56,404 nucleotides of DNA, taken from contig JANMWN010000092.1 of the NCBI GenBank assembly GCA_031394045.1, forward strand, positions 1 to 56,404, given 5' to 3'. This document shows positions 8,554-18,593 of this stretch, piece after piece. Under the pieces are notes generated by a model. The model saw only the letters and a program-made list of their open reading frames with translations, did no database searches and was not told the DNA's origin. The DNA comes from Sporichthyaceae bacterium. Lineage in GTDB: Bacteria > Actinomycetota > Actinomycetes > Prado026. How positions within the stretch are numbered: the first letter of the stretch is position 1; each line of letters opens with the position of its first letter. Position numbers and translations under genes: made by a program.

Positions 8554-8964
8554 TCAGTCGTCGTCCTCGACGGTCCGCTGCCGCCTCGGTGGCTTGCGCG
8601 GGACCCCATCTCCCAGGACGTACGAGGATGTCAGGTGGTTCCGCTCGCAGCCCTGGCAGACCTCGACGACGTACACCCGGAACTCGCCCTGCTCGCGCGC
8701 CATCTGCGCCAGCTGCTCGGGCGACTTGATCCTTCCGGAGTACTGGCCGAGCTCGTCGCCGAACACGTAGCTGAGGTCGACGACCTCCTCGCGGCGGCAG
8801 ACGGGGCAGCGCCGACCCGTGCGTTGACCGTGAAACTTGGCTGCCCGCAACAGGTATGGGTCCGCGTCGCACACATCGGTCGGGCTCGCACCACCGGTGA
8901 ACAACGCCTCGAGGGTGGCCCGGCGCGCGAGCGTGTAGTCGACGTACGAACGCTGCGACCACAT
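8554..8964 (-). CDS. DUF5318-family protein (four-Cys, zinc-ribbon-like)
   Basis: 136 aa with CPVC...CQGC. Conserved actinobacterial partner upstream of ponA (position of Rv0049). Confidence 0.8.
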   Translation of the reverse strand: MWSQRSYVDYTLARRATLEALFTGGASPTDVCDADPYLLRAAKFHGQRTGRRCPVCRREEVVDLSYVFGDELGQYSGRIKSPEQLAQMAREQGEFRVYVVEVCQGCERNHLTSSYVLGDGVPRKPPRRQRTVEDDD

Positions 8965-9076
8965 GCATCGAGGGTATGAGAACGGCGCGGGGCGAGCCCA
9001 GCCGAGTGGCGTGGATCACGCCGCTCGACCCCGTCTGGACACGCGCGCTTTACCTGCAGTTTGCTTCGGCGCGGGT

Positions 9077-9112
9077 CAGACCTTATGGTCTGGATGTATC
9101 GAGTCGATACAT
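9077..9112. promoter_or_regulatory. two adjacent perfect palindromes (candidate PadR operator)
   Basis: cagacc-ttat-ggtctg at 9077..9092 and atgtatcga-g-tcgatacat at 9094..9112. They end 41 nt upstream of the PadR ATG, in the divergent region with the DUF5318 gene. Confidence 0.4.
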
Positions 9113-9153
9113 CGAGTCGGAACACTCGAACGGGCTAACGAGGGGAGGGCGTC

Positions 9154-9738
9154 ATGAGCAGGAAGAGCGATGTGCTCGAGCTCGCCGTCCTCGGCCTGCT
9201 GCACCAGTCTCCCCTGCACGGCTACGAGCTGCGCAAGCGCCTCAACTCGGTGCTCGGCTCGTTTCGCGCCTTCTCGTACGGCTCGCTGTACCCCTGCCTG
9301 AAGGACCTGCTGCACCGCGGCTGGATCGCCGAAGAGTTGCCTTCCGGGCCCGCAGGGCGTCGCTCCAAGATCGTCTACAAGCTGACCGCCGACGGCAAGG
9401 AGCACTTCCAGGAGCTGCTCGCCGACTCGGGGCCGGCGGCCTGGGACGACGAGAACTTCGGCGTGCACCTTGCCTTCTTCGGCCAGACCGACGCCGACGT
9501 ACGCATGCGCATCCTCGAGGGGCGTCGCAGCCGGCTCGAGGAGCGGGTCGACACGTTGCGGCAGTCGGTGGCAAGGACCCGCGAGCGGGTCGACGCGTAC
9601 ACCCTCGAGCTGCAGAAGCACGGCCTCGAGTCGGTCGAGCGTGAGGTTCGTTGGCTCAACGAGCTGATCTCAACAGAGCGGCAGGGCATCGCGCCCGGTG
9701 CCGAGAGTGTTCACAGTGTTCACCCGGACAAGGAGTAG
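9154..9738 (+). CDS. PadR-family transcriptional regulator
   Basis: 194 aa. Winged-helix PadR signature [23 protein letters not shown]...[11 protein letters not shown] plus a C-terminal coiled-coil domain. GGGGAGGG SD. Position of Rv0047c upstream of ino1. Confidence 0.85.
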   Translation: MSRKSDVLELAVLGLLHQSPLHGYELRKRLNSVLGSFRAFSYGSLYPCLKDLLHRGWIAEELPSGPAGRRSKIVYKLTADGKEHFQELLADSGPAAWDDENFGVHLAFFGQTDADVRMRILEGRRSRLEERVDTLRQSVARTRERVDAYTLELQKHGLESVEREVRWLNELISTERQGIAPGAESVHSVHPDKE

Positions 9739-9742
9739 TTCT

Positions 9743-10813
9743 ATGGGTTCCATTCGCGTAGCCATCGTGGGCGTCGGGAACTGCGCCTCGTCGCTGGTCC
9801 AGGGCATCGAGTACTACCAGGACGCCGACCCCGCAGGCAAGGTGCCGGGTCTGATGCACGTGGAGTTCGGGCCGTACCACGTCCGCGACGTGGAGTTCGT
9901 GGCCGCGTTCGATGTCGACGCCAAGAAGGTCGGCCAGGACCTCGCGCACGCCATCACGGCTAGCGAGAACAACACCATCAAGATCTGCGACGTGCCGCCG
10001 ACCGGGATCATGGTCCAGCGTGGCCACACCCTCGACGGCCTCGGCAAGTACTACCGCGAGATGGTCACCGAGTCGGACGACACCCCCGTCGACGTGGTCG
10101 CCGCCCTGCGCGAGTCCCGCGTCGACGTCCTGGTCTGCTACCTGCCGGTCGGATCCGAGCAGGCCGCGAAGTTCTACGCCCAGTGCGCGATCGACGCCGG
10201 AGTCGCCTTCGTCAACGCGCTCCCGGTCTTCATCGCCGGCACCAAGGAGTGGGCCGACAAGTTCACCGCGGCCGGCGTCCCGATCATCGGCGACGACATC
10301 AAGTCCCAGATCGGCGCGACCATCACCCACCGCGTCCTCGCCAAGCTGTTCGAGGACCGCGGGGTCACCGTCGACCGGACGTACCAGCTCAACGTCGGCG
10401 GCAACATGGACTTCATGAACATGCTCGAGCGCGAGCGCCTGGAGTCCAAGAAGATCTCCAAGACGCAGTCGGTCACCTCGCAGCTGCAGGAGCCGATCGC
10501 GGCGCGCAACGTGCACATCGGCCCGTCCGACTACGTGGCCTGGCTGGACGACCGCAAGTGGGCGTTCGTCCGCCTCGAGGGCCGCAACTTCGGCGACGTC
10601 CCGCTGAGCCTGGAGTACAAGCTCGAGGTCTGGGACTCCCCGAACTCGGCGGGCATCATCATCGACGCGATCCGGGCGGCCAAGATCGCGCTCGACCGCG
10701 GCATCGGCGGCCCGATCCTGTCGGCGTCCTCGTACTTCATGAAGTCGCCGCCGGTCCAGTACAGCGACGACGAGGCGCGCAACGCCGTCGAGGCCTTCAT
10801 CGCCGGCGAGTAG
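9743..10813 (+). CDS. ino1: myo-inositol-1-phosphate synthase
   Basis: 356 aa, [25 protein letters not shown]...[31 protein letters not shown], collinear with mycobacterial Ino1. AAGGAG lies 7 nt upstream. Starts 4 nt after the PadR stop. Confidence 0.95.
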   Translation: MGSIRVAIVGVGNCASSLVQGIEYYQDADPAGKVPGLMHVEFGPYHVRDVEFVAAFDVDAKKVGQDLAHAITASENNTIKICDVPPTGIMVQRGHTLDGLGKYYREMVTESDDTPVDVVAALRESRVDVLVCYLPVGSEQAAKFYAQCAIDAGVAFVNALPVFIAGTKEWADKFTAAGVPIIGDDIKSQIGATITHRVLAKLFEDRGVTVDRTYQLNVGGNMDFMNMLERERLESKKISKTQSVTSQLQEPIAARNVHIGPSDYVAWLDDRKWAFVRLEGRNFGDVPLSLEYKLEVWDSPNSAGIIIDAIRAAKIALDRGIGGPILSASSYFMKSPPVQYSDDEARNAVEAFIAGE

Positions 10814-10889
10814 CTGACGCTGCCAGTCTCGTTGGGAGAGTCCACGCCCCCAGGGGCACAAGCGCGCAAGACGCCCGGGAGCCCTCAGC

Positions 10890-11846
10890 ATGAGCCAGTC
10901 GGGTCTGTCGGCTGCCCCCCAGGTGGTCGTGCTCGGTGACGCCAACCCCGACCTGGTGCTCAGCGGCGACGTCGTCCCGCGGTTCGGCCAAGCCGAGCAG
11001 CTGCTCGACGAGGCGCTGCTCACCCTGGGCGGCTCGGCGGCGATCGTGGCCTGCGGGCTGGCTCGCCTCGGCGTTCCCGTGGCCCTGGTCGCGGTGGTCG
11101 GTGACGACGTGTTCGGTCGGTTCGTGCGCACCCGGCTGGACGAGGCCGGGGTCGACACCCGCTGGATCGGTACGAGCAAGGATCTGGCCACCGGGATCAG
11201 CGTGGTCCTCGGCGGCGGCGACCGCGCCATCCTGACCTACCCCGGGACCATCGGCGCGCTCACCCCGGACGACGTCGACGAGCAGCTGCTGGCCGGGGCA
11301 CGACACCTCCACGTCGCCTCGTACTTCCTGCAGCCGGACCTGGTCGGCGGCCTGCCCGAGATCCTGGCCGCGGCCCGCGCCGGCGGCGCCACGACGTCGC
11401 TGGACACCAACTGGGACCCCGCTGAGCTGTGGGCCGGGGTCGGGCCGCTGCTGCCCCTGGTAGACCTGCTGCTGCCGAACTCGGCCGAGCTGTTCGCCCT
11501 GGCCGCCACCGGGGGCGACCCGTCCGACCCGAGGGCGCAGGACGCCGCCGCCGGGATGCTCGGGAAGGCCGGCACCAGCATCGCGCTCAAGGCGGGGGCC
11601 GAGGGCGGCGTGCTCTGGACGGCCGGCGGGGAACGCCTCACCAGCAAGGGCCTCGTGGTCGACGTCGTCGACACCACGGGCGCGGGGGACTCGTTCAACG
11701 CCGGCTACCTAAGCGCGCTGATCGAGGGGCGAACACCTCAGCAGTGCCTGGACCGCGCAGTCGTCTGCGGCAGCCTCTCGACCCGCGCGGCCGGCGGCAC
11801 CAGCGCCCAGCCGGACCGCGACGAGGTGGCGCTCTTCAGCCTTTGA
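10890..11846 (+). CDS. PfkB/ribokinase-family sugar(-phosphate) kinase
   Basis: 318 aa with N-terminal VLGDANPDL and C-terminal DTTGAGDSFNAG motif. Substrate not assignable. Confidence 0.85.
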   Translation: MSQSGLSAAPQVVVLGDANPDLVLSGDVVPRFGQAEQLLDEALLTLGGSAAIVACGLARLGVPVALVAVVGDDVFGRFVRTRLDEAGVDTRWIGTSKDLATGISVVLGGGDRAILTYPGTIGALTPDDVDEQLLAGARHLHVASYFLQPDLVGGLPEILAAARAGGATTSLDTNWDPAELWAGVGPLLPLVDLLLPNSAELFALAATGGDPSDPRAQDAAAGMLGKAGTSIALKAGAEGGVLWTAGGERLTSKGLVVDVVDTTGAGDSFNAGYLSALIEGRTPQQCLDRAVVCGSLSTRAAGGTSAQPDRDEVALFSL

Positions 11847-12732
11847 GGCCGCTGAAGGTCATGGTCGCGACGAACTGCCGCTGCGCGGCGATGAAGCCGA
11901 TGATCAGCGGCATGGTGGCGATGACGTTGCCCGCCATCAGCGTCGACCACTGGGTGCGGTGGGTGCCCTGGAACGTGGTCAGCCCGACCTGCAGGGTGAA
12001 GTTGGTGGGGTCGTTGATGGCGATCAGCGGCCAGATCAGGTCGTTCCACGAGTTCAGCAGAGTAAAGATCGCCAGGGTCGCCAGCGCCGGCTTGGCCAGC
12101 GGCAGCACGATCCGCCAGAACACCCCGAGCTGGGTGCAGCCGTCGATGCGGGCGGCCTCCTCGAGCTCGCGCGGGAGCGAGAGGAAGAACTGGCGCATCA
12201 AGAAGATCCCGAACGCCGAGGTGAGCCACGGGACCATCGCGGCCGGAAGGGTGTTGACCAGGCCGAGCTTGGAGAACATCACGTACGTCGGGATCATCAG
12301 CAGCTGCGTCGGGATCATGATCGTGCCCACGACGGCGAAGAACCCCAGGTTGCGGCCGCGGAACTTCAGCCGCGCGTACCCGTAGCCGGCCAGCGAGCAC
12401 AGGACCAGGTGCGAGATCACCGAGACCGTGGCTACGGCGAAGGTGTTGATGATCCACCGCCAGACCAGGTTCTCGGCGAAGAAGCCGGTGTAGCCACCGA
12501 GGGTGAACGTCGTCGGGATGAACTTCGGCGGGAAGGTGTTGATGTCGGCATCGTTCATGAACGACGTCAGCACCATCTGCACAAGGGGAATCGCGAAGAC
12601 CAGCGCGACGGGCATCAGCAGCAGGTGCCAGGGGCTGAACGGCATCCGGCGCTTGTGCTCGACCGGGCCGGTTCGCGCGATGGGGGCGGGCCCGACCTCG
12701 ACGGGGGTGCGGCCACCGAGGATCGATGTCAT
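11836..12732 (-). CDS. carbohydrate ABC transporter permease (MalG-type)
   Basis: 298 aa, 6 TM, EAA loop LEEAARIDGC. Confidence 0.9.
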   Translation of the reverse strand: MTSILGGRTPVEVGPAPIARTGPVEHKRRMPFSPWHLLLMPVALVFAIPLVQMVLTSFMNDADINTFPPKFIPTTFTLGGYTGFFAENLVWRWIINTFAVATVSVISHLVLCSLAGYGYARLKFRGRNLGFFAVVGTIMIPTQLLMIPTYVMFSKLGLVNTLPAAMVPWLTSAFGIFLMRQFFLSLPRELEEAARIDGCTQLGVFWRIVLPLAKPALATLAIFTLLNSWNDLIWPLIAINDPTNFTLQVGLTTFQGTHRTQWSTLMAGNVIATMPLIIGFIAAQRQFVATMTFSGLKG

Positions 12733-12733
12733 C

Positions 12734-13693
12734 TCAGAACGCCTCGATCTTGGTCCGGCGCGAGTACCAGACCATGAACAGCGTGACGACCATGGTGACG
12801 GCGAACAGGCCGTACGACAGGGCCGCGCCGTAGCCGAACCGGGACTCCTGGAAAGCCACCTTGTAGATGTAGTAGACCAGCGTCTCGGTGGCCCCGACCG
12901 GCCCGCCCTTGGTGGTGGTGAACACCAGGTCGAACAGCTGCAGCGCGGTGATGGTCTGCCAGACCGCGGTGAACACGGTCACCGGCGCGAGCTCGGGCAT
13001 CGTCACGTACCGGAAGATCTGCCGCCGGTTGGCACCATCGATCATCGCCGCCTCGACGATGTCGATCGGGATGTCCTGCAGGGCGGCCAGGTAGACGACC
13101 ACGGTGAATCCGACCTGACCCCACAACGCAATGACGACCAGCACGAGCATCGCCTGGGTGGGGGACTCGAGGAACTCGAACTGTGGCAGGTGCGCGCGGC
13201 GCAGCAGGTCGTTGGCGATCCCGTAGTTCGGCTCGAAGACGAAGCTCGCCAGGATCCCGGTCGCCGCGGCGGACGCCACGAACGGCACGAAGATCGCGGT
13301 CCGGTAGAAGCCCACGAAGCGGATCCGCTGGTTCAGGGCGATCGCCAGCAGGACACCGAGGAAGATCGAGATCGGGACGAACAGTGCGGTGAAGAACAAC
13401 GTGTTCTTCGCGGCTGCCAGCACCCCGGGGTCGTTCATCATGGTCTGGTAGTTCTTGAAGCCGATGTCCTTCGCCGGCCGGAGCAGGTCCCAGCGGGTCC
13501 GCGAGATGAAGAACGCCCAGACGGCCGGGAAGATCGACAGCCCCACCACGATCAAGGTCGCAGGGCCCACGAAGCCCCAGCCGCTCAGGTCGCCGAACAT
13601 CCCGCGGCGACGCTTGGCCCGCTTGCGCAGCTGGGCATCGGCCTCGAGCCGGTCCGGCTCCTGCCGCGGGGGAGCGCTCAGCGTCGTCGTCAT
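12734..13693 (-). CDS. carbohydrate ABC transporter permease (MalF-type)
   Basis: 319 aa, EAA loop VEAAMIDGANRRQIF. Confidence 0.9.
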   Translation of the reverse strand: MTTTLSAPPRQEPDRLEADAQLRKRAKRRRGMFGDLSGWGFVGPATLIVVGLSIFPAVWAFFISRTRWDLLRPAKDIGFKNYQTMMNDPGVLAAAKNTLFFTALFVPISIFLGVLLAIALNQRIRFVGFYRTAIFVPFVASAAATGILASFVFEPNYGIANDLLRRAHLPQFEFLESPTQAMLVLVVIALWGQVGFTVVVYLAALQDIPIDIVEAAMIDGANRRQIFRYVTMPELAPVTVFTAVWQTITALQLFDLVFTTTKGGPVGATETLVYYIYKVAFQESRFGYGAALSYGLFAVTMVVTLFMVWYSRRTKIEAF

Positions 13694-13697
13694 CGGC

Positions 13698-15050
13698 TCA
13701 CCCTCCCAAAGCGTCGGCCGAAGCGGCAGCCGCTACGTCAAGAGCATCCTTGGACGACTCGACTCCCTGCAGCACCTTGGCGATCTGCTCGCCGACGGCG
13801 CGGGACATCGCGTCGTACCCGGGCACAGTGGGGCGCGGCTGCTTGGCGTTGGCCAGGTTGTCGACGAACGCCGGGCCGCCCGGGTAGTCCTTGACGAACT
13901 GGGCGAAGGCCGCCGTCGTCTTCTCCGACGCCCGCAGGGGCAGGTTGCCCAGCCCGACGTTCCACACCGCGTCCTGGTCGGGCTGCGTCAGCCACTGGGT
14001 GAAGTCGAAGGCCGCGTGCGCCCGGTTCCCGTCATGGTGGTCGAACAGCGCCCACACGTCCGTACCCGAGATCGTCTGGTGGTCGCCGTCGAAACCCGGC
14101 AGGCGGACGACGCCGTACGCGAGCTTGCGCTGGCCGAAGTCGTACAGGTTCCAGGGTCCGGAGATCTGCATCGCGATCCGGCCGTCGAGGAAGAGCGGGC
14201 CGTACTTCTCTCCGGTCTGGTCCAGGTACATGGACTTGTCGTCGACTGCCATGGCGCGCAGGAAGTCCAGCGACTGGACGCCCGCGTCGGAGTTGAACGC
14301 GGCCGACTTGCCGTCATCGGACAGGATCGTGCCGCCCTTCTGCCACAGCAGGGGCCACAGGTGCCAGGTGGTGTCCTCGTTGCCGGCCACCGAGTACGCG
14401 GTGCCGAAGATCTTCTTCGCCGGGTTGGTCAGCTTCTTGGCCGCGGCCCGGAAGTCGTCCCAGGACCAGTCGTCCGTCGGGTACGCCACGCCGGCGTCGT
14501 CGAAGACCTTCTTGTTGTAGATCAACGCGAGGTTGCCCACGATCGCGGGGACGGCGAAGACCTTGCCGTCCACGGTCGCCGTCTTGCGCGAGGCCTCGGG
14601 CAGCTCGTCCCAGCCGACCTTCGGGTCCTTGACCCACTCGCTGACGTCCAGACCGTGGCCGCTGCCGGCGAGCTCGCCGGCCCAGCTCCCATAGATGTAC
14701 GAGACGTCGGGGAACGTGTCGCTGACGAAGCCCGCGGCGATCTTCTGCTTCAGGTCGTCGGTGTTGCCGGCGCCGGCGGTCACCTTGACGGTGACGTTCG
14801 GGTGCAGCTTCGTGTACGCCGCGGCGAGGTCAGCCATCACCTTGGCGGCGTCGGCCGACTGCCCGTGCCAGACCGTGATCGTCACCGGTGCGGTCGCGTC
14901 GAAGGTGGGCGCCGCCCCGGTCGTGCCACCAGTGCCGCCGGGGACCTGGGCGCCCGACCCGCCCGCCGCTGGTGAGCTCGCCGACGTGCAGGCGGCGAGC
15001 AGCCCGACGGCCGTGACGACGGCGAGCAGCCGAGCGGTCGGCGGGCGCAT
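13698..15050 (-). CDS. ABC transporter sugar-binding lipoprotein (paralogue B)
   Basis: 450 aa from ATG 15050 (MRPPTARLLAVVTAVGLLAAC, lipobox). Family-1 solute-binding protein. Trimmed from ORF 13698..15266. Confidence 0.85.
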   Translation of the reverse strand: MRPPTARLLAVVTAVGLLAACTSASSPAAGGSGAQVPGGTGGTTGAAPTFDATAPVTITVWHGQSADAAKVMADLAAAYTKLHPNVTVKVTAGAGNTDDLKQKIAAGFVSDTFPDVSYIYGSWAGELAGSGHGLDVSEWVKDPKVGWDELPEASRKTATVDGKVFAVPAIVGNLALIYNKKVFDDAGVAYPTDDWSWDDFRAAAKKLTNPAKKIFGTAYSVAGNEDTTWHLWPLLWQKGGTILSDDGKSAAFNSDAGVQSLDFLRAMAVDDKSMYLDQTGEKYGPLFLDGRIAMQISGPWNLYDFGQRKLAYGVVRLPGFDGDHQTISGTDVWALFDHHDGNRAHAAFDFTQWLTQPDQDAVWNVGLGNLPLRASEKTTAAFAQFVKDYPGGPAFVDNLANAKQPRPTVPGYDAMSRAVGEQIAKVLQGVESSKDALDVAAAASADALGG

Positions 15051-15061
15051 CGACGAACCCA

Positions 15062-16405
15062 CTACTGGTCGAGCGCGGCAGCGGACTGCTGGGCGGCCTG
15101 GTCGAGCGCGTCCTTGGCGCTCATCGTCCCCTGCAGCACCTTGGAGACCGCCTCGCCGACGTACTTGGACATCTCGGTGTAGCCCGGGACGGTCGGCCGG
15201 GGCTGCTTGGCGTTCTTCAGGTTCTCGAAGAACGGGATCGCACCGGGCGCGTAGTCCTTGGACCACTGGGTGAACGCCGCGGTCGACTGCTCCGAGGTAC
15301 GCAGCGGGAGGTTGCCGTAGGCGAGGTTCCAGCGCGCGTCCACGTCCTTGGAGGTCAGCCAGAGCAGGAAGTTGGTCGTGGCCGCCGCCTGGTTGAGGTT
15401 CTTGTGGTCGAAGGCCACCCAGACGTCGGGGCCTGAGATCGTCTGGTGGTCACCGTTGTAGCCCGGCATCTGCGTGACGCCGTAGCTGACCTTGCGGTCC
15501 TTGAGGTCGTAAAGGTTCCACGGCCCGGAGATGATCATCGCGATCCGGCCGTCGAAGAACAGCGGGGCGTACTTCTCGTCGGTCTGGTCGAGGTACATCG
15601 ACTTGTCGTCGACCGCCATCGCCCGCAGGAACTCCAGCGAGGCGACGCCCTCGTCGGAGTTGAACTTCGCCGACTTGCCGTCGTCGGAGAGGATCTTGCC
15701 GCCGCGCTGCCACAGCAGCGGCCACAGGTGCCAGGTGGTGTCCTCGCCGCCGGAGACCGACCAGCCGGTGCCGAAGATCTTCTTGTCGGGGTTGGTCAGC
15801 TTCTTGGCCGCGGCCCGGAAGTCGTCCCAGGACCAGTCGTTCGTCGGGTATGCCACGCCGGCCGCGTCGAAGACCTTCTTGTTGTAGATCAGGCCAAGGT
15901 TGTCGACGAGCGCAGGGATGCCGATCACCTTGCCGTCGACCGTGGCGGTCGCTGTCGCGGCCGGCGGGAACTCCGACCAGGCGACCGCGGGGTCGGCCAC
16001 GGCGGTCTTCAGGTCCAGCGTGTGACCGCTGCGGCCGAGGTCGGTGGCCCACGAGCCGAAGGCGTACGAGATGTCCGGGTACGTGTCGCTGACGAAGCCT
16101 GCGGCGATCTTCTGCTTCAGGTCGTCAGTCGTCGAGGCACCGGGGGACACCTTGATGGTGATGTTCGGGTGCGCGGCCGTGTACTCCTTGGCCAGCTTCT
16201 CCAGGATCGTCTCGGCCTCCGCGGACTGACCAGTCCACCACGTGAGCGCCACCGGGGCCTTCGCGTCGACCGTGCCGGTCGGCGTCGTCGCCGGGTCGCT
16301 GGCGCCGCTGCCGCTGGAGCAGGCGGCCAGCACCAGCGCCGCGACCGCGAGCGACGCAGACGCTGTGGTGCGACGGGCGTGCGTGGGCTGACGGAGCTGC
16401 TTCAT
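15062..16405 (-). CDS. ABC transporter sugar-binding lipoprotein (paralogue A)
   Basis: 447 aa with lipobox VLAAC. Roughly two-thirds identical by eye to 13698..15050. Confidence 0.9.
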   Translation of the reverse strand: MKQLRQPTHARRTTASASLAVAALVLAACSSGSGASDPATTPTGTVDAKAPVALTWWTGQSAEAETILEKLAKEYTAAHPNITIKVSPGASTTDDLKQKIAAGFVSDTYPDISYAFGSWATDLGRSGHTLDLKTAVADPAVAWSEFPPAATATATVDGKVIGIPALVDNLGLIYNKKVFDAAGVAYPTNDWSWDDFRAAAKKLTNPDKKIFGTGWSVSGGEDTTWHLWPLLWQRGGKILSDDGKSAKFNSDEGVASLEFLRAMAVDDKSMYLDQTDEKYAPLFFDGRIAMIISGPWNLYDLKDRKVSYGVTQMPGYNGDHQTISGPDVWVAFDHKNLNQAAATTNFLLWLTSKDVDARWNLAYGNLPLRTSEQSTAAFTQWSKDYAPGAIPFFENLKNAKQPRPTVPGYTEMSKYVGEAVSKVLQGTMSAKDALDQAAQQSAAALDQ

Positions 16406-17331
16406 CGGGGCATCCCGTTCGTCGAAGGATCGGTCGTACCTGGGGTGGAGCCGGAGGCCGCGAGGATCACGGAGCGGGTCAGCCCGCGCGGGTGGTCGGG
16501 ATCCAGGCCGCGCTGGGCGGCGAGGGCGACGGCCAGCCGCTGGGCCTGGACGAGCTGGGCGAGCGGGTCGAGCGCGGAGGTCAGGACGGTGGCACCGGTG
16601 CCACGTACGGCGTCGACGAGACCGGTCGGCGGTGGACCGAACACCCAGACCAGCGAGCGCGGCCCCGCGACGGCGATCGGGCCGTGCCGGTAGTCCATCG
16701 CCGGGTACGACTCCGACCAGGCCTGCGCGGCCTCCCGGACCTTCAGCGCCGCCTCGTGGGCCAGGCCGACGGCCCAGCTGCTGCCGAGGAAGACGAAGTG
16801 CTCGAAGTCCGCGGGGTCCACGGGCAACGGGGCGTCGACCGCCAGCTGGCCGTCCGAGAGGACCGGGGTCACGTCCTCGCCGAGCGCGGCCCGGACCAGC
16901 ACGAGGAAGGTGGTCGGGAACCGCGTCTGCACCACGCTGCCCTCGTCGGCGTGCGACAGGACCAGCCGGTCGTCCACCAGGGCGTCGACCGGCTCGCCCG
17001 TGACGGCCGTGACCGCAACCGTCCTGGTCCCGGCGGGCAGGCCGCGGACGGCGTCCAGGATCTCGGTCGTCGTCCCGGAGCGGGTGATGGCGATGACGCG
17101 GTCGTAGCGGCGGGTGGGTACCTCGGAGCCGAAGGCGGCGTCGGTCTCACCGAAGCCGGCGCGCTCGCGGAGCGACGCGTAGGCCATGGCCACGAAGGCC
17201 GAGGTCCCGCAGCCCAGCGCGAGGACCCGGTCGCCGCGGGCGGCCAGCAGCCGCTCCGCCTCCTCGACCTGGTCGAGGGACTTGGCCCAGACGGACGGCT
17301 GGCTGGAGATCTCGCGCTCTGTCACGTTCAT
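16402..17331 (-). CDS. SIS-domain sugar-phosphate isomerase/deaminase/deglycase (GlmS-isomerase, AgaS, FrlB-like)
   Basis: 309 aa from ATG 17331 (MNVTEREISSQPSVW). Motifs LALGCGTSAF and ITRSGTTTE. Its stop overlaps the start of the next gene (ATGA). ORF 16402..18498 is an over-extension. Confidence 0.8.
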   Translation of the reverse strand: MNVTEREISSQPSVWAKSLDQVEEAERLLAARGDRVLALGCGTSAFVAMAYASLRERAGFGETDAAFGSEVPTRRYDRVIAITRSGTTTEILDAVRGLPAGTRTVAVTAVTGEPVDALVDDRLVLSHADEGSVVQTRFPTTFLVLVRAALGEDVTPVLSDGQLAVDAPLPVDPADFEHFVFLGSSWAVGLAHEAALKVREAAQAWSESYPAMDYRHGPIAVAGPRSLVWVFGPPPTGLVDAVRGTGATVLTSALDPLAQLVQAQRLAVALAAQRGLDPDHPRGLTRSVILAASGSTPGTTDPSTNGMPR

Positions 17332-17409
17332 GATGGCGTGAGTATGCTCATATCTGAGCGAATTATGGGAGAGCCTCCGCCAATTCGAACATTTGAGGTG
17401 AGCGTTTTC

Positions 17410-18516
17410 ATGAGCGATCTGGACGATCTGCGTCCTGGATTCCGTGCTGCCGTGTCGGAGCAGCTGGCGGCGCTGGTCGCCCTGCCCCTGCGCGACTACG
17501 CCCCACGGGCGCAGATCAGGCGGCCGCTGACCGATGTGCCCCGCGCGGCCGTACCCGCGGTCGACGTGCACAACCATGTCGGCCGCTGGCTCAGCGAGGA
17601 CGGCACCTGGCTGGCCCCCGACGTGACCGAGCTGCTCGACCTGATGGACGAGCTCAACGTCGCGGCGCTGGTCAACCTCGACGGGCGCTGGGGCCGCGAG
17701 CTGGACGAGAACCTGGCGCGGTACGACGCGGCGTACCCGGGGCGGTTCGCCACGTTCGCCCACCTGGACTGGACGTTGCTCGCGGCGGACCGGCCGACCG
17801 ACGCGCTGGTCGCGTCGCTCGAGGCCTCCGCCGCGGCGGGTGCGCGCGGGGTGAAGGTCTGGAAGGACCTGGGCCTCCAGGTCGTCGACGGGGACGGGCG
17901 GCGGGTGCTGCCCGACGACGAGCGGCTCACGGACGTGTTCGTGGCAGCTGGTGAGCTCGGGCTGCCGATCCTGGTTCATACCGCCGACCCCGTCGCGTTC
18001 TTCACCCCCCTGGACCGGCACAACGAGCGGCTGGAGGAGCTCGCCGAGATGCCGGCGTGGTGGTTCGGCGGGCCCGAGCACCCGACCTTCGACCGGTTGA
18101 TGGCGGCGCTCGAGTCGATGGTGGCCGGCGCCCCCGGCACGACGTTCATCGGTGCGCACGTCGGCTGCGCGGCCGAGGACCTCGACTGGGTTCGCAGGAT
18201 GATGGACGAGCACGCGAACTTCCACGTCGACCTCGGCGGGCGGCTGGCCGAGATCGGGCGGCAGCCTCGGCGGTTCCGGCAGCTCGTGCTCGACCATCCG
18301 GACCGGGTGCTGTTCGGCACCGACTCGTTCCCCCCGGACCGCGACGCGTACCTCACGTACTTCCAGTTCCTCGAGACCGCCGACGAGTGCTTCCCGTACG
18401 AGCGCAGCAGCCCCACACCGCCGTCCGGCCGCTGGGACATCTGCGCCGCGGACCTTCCGCCGGACGCGCTGGCCGCCGTCTACCGCGACAACGCCCACCG
18501 CCTGATCCGGTTCTAG
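17410..18516 (+). CDS. metal-dependent amidohydrolase-superfamily TIM-barrel hydrolase
   Basis: 368 aa from ATG 17410 (MSDLDDLRPGF). VDVHNH metal motif, then ILVHTADP, IGAHVG, LFGTDSFP. Divergent from the SIS gene across an AT-richer 78-bp gap. Confidence 0.8.
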   Translation: MSDLDDLRPGFRAAVSEQLAALVALPLRDYAPRAQIRRPLTDVPRAAVPAVDVHNHVGRWLSEDGTWLAPDVTELLDLMDELNVAALVNLDGRWGRELDENLARYDAAYPGRFATFAHLDWTLLAADRPTDALVASLEASAAAGARGVKVWKDLGLQVVDGDGRRVLPDDERLTDVFVAAGELGLPILVHTADPVAFFTPLDRHNERLEELAEMPAWWFGGPEHPTFDRLMAALESMVAGAPGTTFIGAHVGCAAEDLDWVRRMMDEHANFHVDLGGRLAEIGRQPRRFRQLVLDHPDRVLFGTDSFPPDRDAYLTYFQFLETADECFPYERSSPTPPSGRWDICAADLPPDALAAVYRDNAHRLIRF

Positions 18517-18593
18517 GTTGGTGCTAGATGGGACACGTCAAGAACTAAGACGCAGCAACGACACCGGCCCTCGGGGGCTCGGCCTTTGGCGAT

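Noticed and set aside
8822-8835. parS-like half site gttgaccgtgaaac in the DUF5318 gene, and ccacgtg-containing fragments near 4744 and 44147.
   Set aside because: There are three or more mismatches to the 14-bp core and only one half-site is preserved. This is below what I would accept without ChIP data.
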